Part shown: positions 9,557 through 16,300 of the stretch, one piece after another
How the letters are laid out: each line of letters begins with the position of its first letter
Numbering within the stretch: the stretch's first letter is position 1
Origin: a virus
Taxonomy: Duplodnaviria > Caudoviricetes
Reading direction: 5' to 3' (one strand)
IMG/VR virus record: IMGVR_UViG_3300033463_000032
Span: 32,001 to 96,000 of that record
Length of the DNA stretch: 64,000 nt
Position numbers and translations under genes: made by a program
Notes under the pieces: generated by a model
The model's input: only the letters and a program-made list of their open reading frames with translations
Database searches by the model: none
What the model was told of the DNA's origin: nothing

Positions 9557-9922
9557 ATGAATGATAACATATTAGAAATAAAACGTGGTACAACACCTAC
9601 CATTACAATGAATATGCCGGAAGAAATACCTCTTGTTGAAGTAGTTGATATCTGGGTATCTATTAGTCAAATCACTAGAACATCAGTTCCGGTAATTAAC
9701 AAGACAATGAATGATTGTACCATTGATTATGATAATAAAATAATTTCAGTTCTATTATCACAGGAAGATACTCTTAGACTTCTTCCTACACAGAATACCG
9801 GAGTACAATATAATCTTTCTACTTATATTGAGATCAGTCTTAAGTTTAGTGATGGTAGTAGAGCAACATCAAATAAACAGTTAATAACTGTATTAGATAA
9901 TGTAAAGGAAGGGGTAATGTAA
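9557..9922 (+). CDS. BppU N-terminal-like virion protein
   Basis: IKRGTTPTIT...VLLSQEDTLRL...DGSRATS pattern typical of this beta-sandwich family. Confidence 0.55.
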   Translation: MNDNILEIKRGTTPTITMNMPEEIPLVEVVDIWVSISQITRTSVPVINKTMNDCTIDYDNKIISVLLSQEDTLRLLPTQNTGVQYNLSTYIEISLKFSDGSRATSNKQLITVLDNVKEGVM

Positions 9923-9923
9923 T

Positions 9924-10418
9924 ATGCCAGATATAAATTTCACTCCTAAGTTTGATACAAAAATAGAAGTTACCACTAGTGGTGAAGGTGCTATTAAATC
10001 AATAAGTCTTAATGGTAAACCAATTCCTCCAGATGAAAATGGTAATGTTGATCTGGGTCTTTTCTACACTATTCATGGAACCTATGAGGGAAGCATATAT
10101 AGGAATACCTCTGGTAATATAGGAATATCTGAGACAGTAGAAGAGTCAGCAGAAGATGTCTTTAAAGCATTAGAAGATGGAAAGATCCTTTATTTTGATT
10201 TACTTCATGATGAATCTGGTAAGGCTATTACTACCAGATTTTCTTGCAGTATGCATACTCATGGTATATTCAGTGATGATGGTGTGGATTATTGTGCAGA
10301 TGGAATAATTTTTAATGGGAAGGAAGGATGTTTAGTTACACTATCTGTTTGGATTCTTAGATCTCTTGAAGGAGAATTTATAGAATTTAATACCAGTATT
10401 AGTGTTAAAGAAATTTAA
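9924..10418 (+). CDS. putative virion fibre/appendage protein
   Basis: IKSISLNGKPIPPDENGNVDL resembles the SVNG..PD..GNV fibre motif. Confidence 0.45.
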   Translation: MPDINFTPKFDTKIEVTTSGEGAIKSISLNGKPIPPDENGNVDLGLFYTIHGTYEGSIYRNTSGNIGISETVEESAEDVFKALEDGKILYFDLLHDESGKAITTRFSCSMHTHGIFSDDGVDYCADGIIFNGKEGCLVTLSVWILRSLEGEFIEFNTSISVKEI

Positions 10419-10624
10419 AATAACTTTCTATTTGTATATATTTATATCCATCAATGAATTGTGTCTTTACAATAAAAACAAATATATTTAAAATAAAAGA
10501 GAATTAGATGTATATCAATATGTCCGATTCTAATTTAACCATTCCTAAAAAGTATTATCACAGATTGATATAAGATCCTGTGGTAATACTTTAAAACTAT
10601 GTAATTAAATAACATAGAGGTGAA

Positions 10625-11776
10625 TTGATAGTGAATACCTATGGATATGTCTATATGACAACCAATTTAATAAATGGTAAAAGATATATAGGACAACATG
10701 CATATTCAGTATTTAATGAAAACTATAAAGGATCTGGAACTTATTTAACTAATGCTATAAAAAAGTATGGTGTTGAAAATTTTAAAACAGAACTTATAGA
10801 ATGGTGTGAAACACAAGAAAAGTTAGATGAAAGAGAAAGATATTGGATTGCATATTATAATGCAGTAGAATCTGATGATTTTTATAATCTTGCTACTGGT
10901 GGTATTAATGGCAATCCTAGAAAGGGTACTAAATTTTCTTTAGAAGCAAGAAAGAAAATGTCTAGTAGGGTTTCTGGTGCTGGTAATCCTATGTATGGTA
11001 AAAATCATACTGAGAACTCCAGGAAAAAGATTTCTGAAAATCATGCTAACTTTAAAGGTGAACATTCACCTAGTTATAATAGAATTGCTATTAATGATGG
11101 TATAAAGATTAAATATGTGCGATCAGAAGATTTAGAAAGATATCTTTCTAAAGGCTGGATAATAGGTATTACAGAGGAAAGAAAACAAATACAATCTAAA
11201 TCATTTAAAGGAAGGAAACACACAGAAGATTATAAAAAGAAACAGTCAGAACGTATGTCTGGTAAAAATAATCCTATGTATGGAAGAAAAGCTTCAAAAG
11301 AAACTAAAAGTCTTATGACACAGCAAAGACTTGGAAGAAGATGGATTAACAATGGTAAAGAAAATAAATTTGTTAAACCAGATGATTTGGAATCTTTATT
11401 AAATGAAGGTTGGGTTTTAGGAAAACTAGTAAACCTTAGTACAGAAATTCGAAAGAAACAAGGAGAAAGTGGTAAAGGAAAAGTTTGGATTAATAATGGA
11501 GCAGAAACCATCAGAATTATGCCAGAATTTTTAGAATCTTATTTTTTAGATGGGTGGGTGTTAGGTCTTTCTGAAAGCTATAAGAATAAGATTTCTGTTT
11601 CACGATTAGGCAAAAAACAATCACTTGATCAAATTAAGGCTAGATCTAAAACTTTTAAAGGTAGAATTTGGATAAATAATGGAATAGAAAATAAATGGGT
11701 ACAACCTATGGAACTAGAAAATTATTTGTCTAATGGTTATGTTAAAGGTAAACTAGTAAAAGGCAAAGCATCATAA
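10625..11776 (+). CDS. free-standing GIY-YIG homing endonuclease with NUMOD3 and WINNG repeats (start probably GTG 10631)
   Basis: YGYVY...KRYIGQH, YKGSG, FYNL; NPMYGK-type repeats; repeated WINNG..K.V.P..LE.YL..GW units. Confidence 0.9.
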   Translation: MIVNTYGYVYMTTNLINGKRYIGQHAYSVFNENYKGSGTYLTNAIKKYGVENFKTELIEWCETQEKLDERERYWIAYYNAVESDDFYNLATGGINGNPRKGTKFSLEARKKMSSRVSGAGNPMYGKNHTENSRKKISENHANFKGEHSPSYNRIAINDGIKIKYVRSEDLERYLSKGWIIGITEERKQIQSKSFKGRKHTEDYKKKQSERMSGKNNPMYGRKASKETKSLMTQQRLGRRWINNGKENKFVKPDDLESLLNEGWVLGKLVNLSTEIRKKQGESGKGKVWINNGAETIRIMPEFLESYFLDGWVLGLSESYKNKISVSRLGKKQSLDQIKARSKTFKGRIWINNGIENKWVQPMELENYLSNGYVKGKLVKGKAS

Positions 11777-11792
11777 TAAAGAAGGTGTTATT

Positions 11793-13361
11793 TTGAGTAT
11801 ATTATTAACAGAAAAAGTAGGTTGTCTTGAAAATGCTGGTTCTCCAATGAATCCTAATTGTTTAGGCCATCTTGCAGGAATTGGAGGAGACTTAAGAAAA
11901 CCTACTAGAAATGGTAGATTATACAATCAAGAACTTTGGGAAAAGGTAATGGCTTCTGATGATTTCAAGGAAATGATGGAATCCAAAACTTGTTTCTGCG
12001 AAGCTAATCATCCAACTGACCGTATTGATACGGACATTCGGGAAGTGTGTGCAGTTCTTACTAATATGGAAATTAGAAAGGATGAGGGAATTCTTTGGGT
12101 AGAGTTTGATATTCTTGATACACCACAAGGAAGAATTCTTAAATCTCTTGTAGACTATGGTTGTAAGATTGGAGTTTCTTCCAGAGGACTTGGTGATGAA
12201 ATTCAAAGAAATGGTGAAATAATCATAGATCCTGATACATATAGTTATTATGGTCATGATATGGTAGTACAACCGGCAGTTAAATCAGCAAGACCGGATG
12301 TAGTTGAATCAAAGGCCAGAGCAAAGGTAACAGATGTATTTAGGAAAGAAATAGAAAATGCTACAACTCAATCTGAATTAGTAGGATTGAAGAGATTAGC
12401 AGAATCGGTAAATGTACCAAATCTGGATTTAATAACTGAATCCATTGATAATAAACTTTCTAGTGGTTCTTTAAGTGGAAATAATATTTCTGAACACTTA
12501 GAAGATGATTTGGGTAGACTTGCAGAAGAGAATGAACAACTCAAAACTCAGGTTGAAAATCTTAAAAAGGCTAATAATATTGGTGCTAAGAGAAGTAAGC
12601 AATTAACTGAGACATTTGAAAGTGAAGCTAAAACTGCAAGAAGAACATTGAGAAAACTTGAAGTTCAAACAGAAAGATTAGAAAGAACTAATCAGGATTT
12701 GAATGACGAGTTGGATCAGAAGAACATTCAGTTAGAAAGGCTTGAAAGAGTTAATAAAAGAAAAACTGAATCATTAGAGCAACAACTTGAAGATGCATTG
12801 AAAAAGATTTCTTCTCTTGAAAGAAAAGTCAAATCACTTAATGAAAGTTATGATGCTGTTATTAGTGAGAATGATGATCTTAAAGATGAGATCACAAGGT
12901 TATCTGAATCTTGTGATAGGAGTAATTCAAGGGTTATTGAATTGGAGAATGAAATTTCAAATAAATCTAATGAGTTGAATTCTCTTTATGAAGAGAATGA
13001 TCTGCTTAATGGTGAGTTTGAAAAAGTTAATTCAAAACAAGCATTAACTGAAAACAAAGTACAAGATGTATCTAATGAACTTAATGAATCAAAGAAGCAA
13101 ATTTCTGAGGTTCTTGTTAAGTATCTTGATGCTAAATGCGTGTCAGAAGGAATTGACAGGAATAGAGCATCATCAATGTTGAATGGTAGATATACTACTA
13201 AAGACATTGATATGGTGGTAGAAAAGTTGGCAGATGAAAAGAAGAGGTTGAATAAACTTCCTATTGCTCTTAATGGTAGTATTTCTGCTAAACTTGAATC
13301 CTATTCCGGTTTAAACCCGGAAGATGCTCAAACAATGAAATTCCTTACTGGTTTTAAATAA
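11793..13361 (+). CDS. prohead protease (T4 gp21-like) fused to a long coiled-coil scaffold
   Basis: NGRLY, EANHP, LDTPQG, GVSSRGLG motifs; about 300 aa coiled-coil C-terminus; immediately upstream of the capsid gene. Confidence 0.9.
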   Translation: MSILLTEKVGCLENAGSPMNPNCLGHLAGIGGDLRKPTRNGRLYNQELWEKVMASDDFKEMMESKTCFCEANHPTDRIDTDIREVCAVLTNMEIRKDEGILWVEFDILDTPQGRILKSLVDYGCKIGVSSRGLGDEIQRNGEIIIDPDTYSYYGHDMVVQPAVKSARPDVVESKARAKVTDVFRKEIENATTQSELVGLKRLAESVNVPNLDLITESIDNKLSSGSLSGNNISEHLEDDLGRLAEENEQLKTQVENLKKANNIGAKRSKQLTETFESEAKTARRTLRKLEVQTERLERTNQDLNDELDQKNIQLERLERVNKRKTESLEQQLEDALKKISSLERKVKSLNESYDAVISENDDLKDEITRLSESCDRSNSRVIELENEISNKSNELNSLYEENDLLNGEFEKVNSKQALTENKVQDVSNELNESKKQISEVLVKYLDAKCVSEGIDRNRASSMLNGRYTTKDIDMVVEKLADEKKRLNKLPIALNGSISAKLESYSGLNPEDAQTMKFLTGFK

Positions 13362-13388
13362 TATAAAATTTGAAAGGAATTAATTACT

Positions 13389-16300
13389 ATGGCTATCGCA
13401 AGTATGATGAATCAAAAGTCACAGTACCTCATTGGTAAGTATGCCAAGAGGATTAAGATGGTAGAGAGTGTTCAGGGTAAGCCTCTCTCCTATGAAAAGA
13501 AAGTAGTTCTTGCTAACTGCTTAGAGAATACAGCAGATCGTATTAAGGCATTTGAAGCTACTAACCCTGGTCAGATCGGTAAACAACTTGCCGCATAATA
13601 TGGTAACATATTATGGAAAACCTAGTGAATTGCTGGAAACTCCTAATATTTAATATCTCGGTGTTAGGACAATCAGCAGCTTTATATCAATAATAAGGTA
13701 GGACAGTAGGTTCGAAACTATTTCTTACTACCCTTAATGGTAAGATTACTACCTCATTATATAGATTAAATCTTTAAGGGAGATTTAAGATATGTATGGA
13801 TATATTTATTTAATAACCAATAAAGTAAATGGTAAAAAGTACATAGGACAAAGAACAGCGGATTTTAAAACTGATTCTAAATACTTAGGATCTGGAACTC
13901 TTATTAAGAAAGCAGTTGCTAAGTATGGTACAGAAAGTTTTAATAAAGAACTTCTTGAAGAATGTAATTCAAAAGAAGAATTAGATGATAAAGAAAAGTT
14001 CTGGATTTTAAAATTTAATGCTATAGAAGATGAATCATTTTATAATCTTGCAAATGGAGCTAATGGTTCTACTAAAGGTTCTAAAAGATCAGAAGAAACT
14101 AAACGTAAGCAATCTGAGAAAGCAAAACTTAGAAGTATAGATGAAGATACTAGAAAGAAAATATCTAAGACAATATCTTCACAATGTTGGGTTAATGATG
14201 GTCATATAGAAACTAAGGCAACAAAAGAAACATTAGATGAATACTTAAATAAAGGATTTGTTTTAGGTAGATTACCATTTAGTGAAGATACTAAACATAA
14301 CATGAGTGTTTCATTTACCAGAAGAACTCATACAGAAGAAACTAAGCAACATATAAGTAAAATTACTTCTGGTGATCATAATCCTTTTTATGGTAAGAAA
14401 CATTCTGAAATTAGTAAAAAGAAAATGTCTGAAAGAGCTAAAGGTAGAAAAGCATCTACACAGACAAAACAAATACTATCAAGTCAAAGACTTGGAAGAA
14501 AATGGATTAACAATGGTAAAGAAAATAAATTTGTTAAACCAGATGATTTAGAAAAGTATTTACTTGATGGTTGGTTATTAGGAATATATCATTGATATGA
14601 AGTTCAACGACTATCGAAAGCATAATGTAAGAGAAAGACTTACATGAAGAAGCGAGTAGAGTAAGGTTCAAGTGAACTCAAGTGCTAGGGTTCTTAATAA
14701 TGGTAACAGTTATTAAGAATGTGATATAGTCTGAACTCTATAGTAATATAGAGAAAATAAACGGAAACGGTTTATTTGTAACATAATTGCAGTATAAGAG
14801 ATATGCATTGGACTTAGTTACGGCTACATTGCCGAATCTTATTGCATTTGATCTTTATGCAGTACAGCCTATGGATAATAGGATCGGTAAACAATCTGCC
14901 GCTTAAGTTAGTGATAACTTAAGAAAACTCGGTGAAAACAGGGGAAACCTTATATTTGAGGTAAGATATAAGACAATCCTGTGCGAAGTCTTACAATTAA
15001 ATATTACTTATTACTTTATGATATAATCTAAGGTAATAAGGTAGGACAGTAGGTTCGAAACTATTTCTTACTACCTCTTATTTAGTGAGATTACTACCTT
15101 GTTAAATATAAACTTAATCTTAAGAGGAGATTAAAAGTATGTATGGTTATATTTATATGACTACTGATATTACCAATAATAAAAAATATATTGGTAAGCA
15201 CAAAGCTAGTGAATTTACTACTAAGTATGTAGGTTCTGGAAAGTGTCTATTAAGAGCAATAAAACAACACGGAAAAGAAAATTTTAAAGTTGTTATGTTA
15301 GAAGCTTGTAATACTTTAGAAGAACTTAATGAAAAGGAAAAATTCTATATTGCTAAATATGATGCATTGAACTCTAAAGATTTTTATAATATACACCCTG
15401 GCGGTGATGGTGGTGACATTGCATTGTATTTATCAAAATCTAAACTGACTCATATAAGAAAAGAACATTCTAAATATATTTTAGATAGACTTAAAACTGA
15501 TGAGGAATTTCATAGTAGATTTGCTGGTGCTAAGAAAGGTCACAAGTGTTATCAAGGCACTAAGGACAAAATAGGTTCTGCTCAAAAGAATTATTGGAGC
15601 AGAACACCGTATGAAATTAAACATGAAAGACTTTCTAGGAGTGCAACTACTAGATGTACTGGTAGAATCTGGATAACTAATGAAGTTATTGATAAATTTA
15701 TAAAACCAGAACATTTAGATGAGTTTTTAGCAGTAGGCTTTAGAATAGGTAGGAAGTTTCAAAAACGTAATAGACCTTGTAAGAAACGTTAAACGACTAT
15801 CGAAAACACTATCAATGAGAAAGACATTGAATAGGAAGTGAGTAGAGTACATTCTAAGTAGAATGGAAGTGCCGAGCATCTTATTAGTGGTAAAAGTTAA
15901 TAAGATGATGATATAGTCTGAACTCTATGGTGACATAGAGAGTTATATTGGAAACGAATATAACGTAACATAAATTGATGATCAATTACCTTGATTACAC
16001 ATACCAGTCAAATAAGGGTGATGTAGTAAATGGTCAGGTATTTAATGGAGCTCTTAAGGGTTCTTTCTCTGATAAGGATTACACATCTGCATTTGTAAAT
16101 GGTGAGAAGTTTGTAGGTGATGGTTCTAACAAGGTATTTAATCTTGCTTGGACACCGGTTGACACAAGAGTAACAACCCAGATTGGTGAGTCTGTTCTTC
16201 CGATCATTACAGTTGGTGGATCTCCGGTTACTGTAGAGATTGATAATGGCCAGACAAATCCTGGTGCATTAGTATCTGCTAGTGGTGTAGTTACATTTGA

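Larger units (their letters stand above)
13581..14789 (+). mobile_element. group I intron 1 (IA-like) in the capsid gene, HEG in the P6 region
   Basis: 5' exon ends in U paired in P1 (CGGT/GCCG); P AATTGCTGGAAA, Q AATCAGCAG, P7 GACTA/TAGTC; terminal G 14789. Confidence 0.9.
14889..15977 (+). mobile_element. group I intron 2 in the capsid gene, HEG in the P6 region
   Basis: P1 CGGT/GCCG; P ACAGGGGAAA, Q AATCCTGTG; P6 TCTTACAA/TTGTAAGA; P7 GACTA/TAGTC; terminal G 15977. Confidence 0.9.

Noticed and set aside
1-13361. Portal or terminase genes expected near the head module
   Set aside because: No ORF here shows portal or terminase motifs; they presumably lie outside the window
13389-13598. ORFs 13389-13598, 15975-16628 and 18532-19062 as independent genes
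   Set aside because: They are capsid exons with a few intron-derived codons; the called starts at 15975 and 18532 end on the intron terminal G
13701-13725. GGTTCGAAAC read as a tRNA T-arm
   Set aside because: No D-arm, anticodon arm or acceptor stem; it is part of the three-way-junction element
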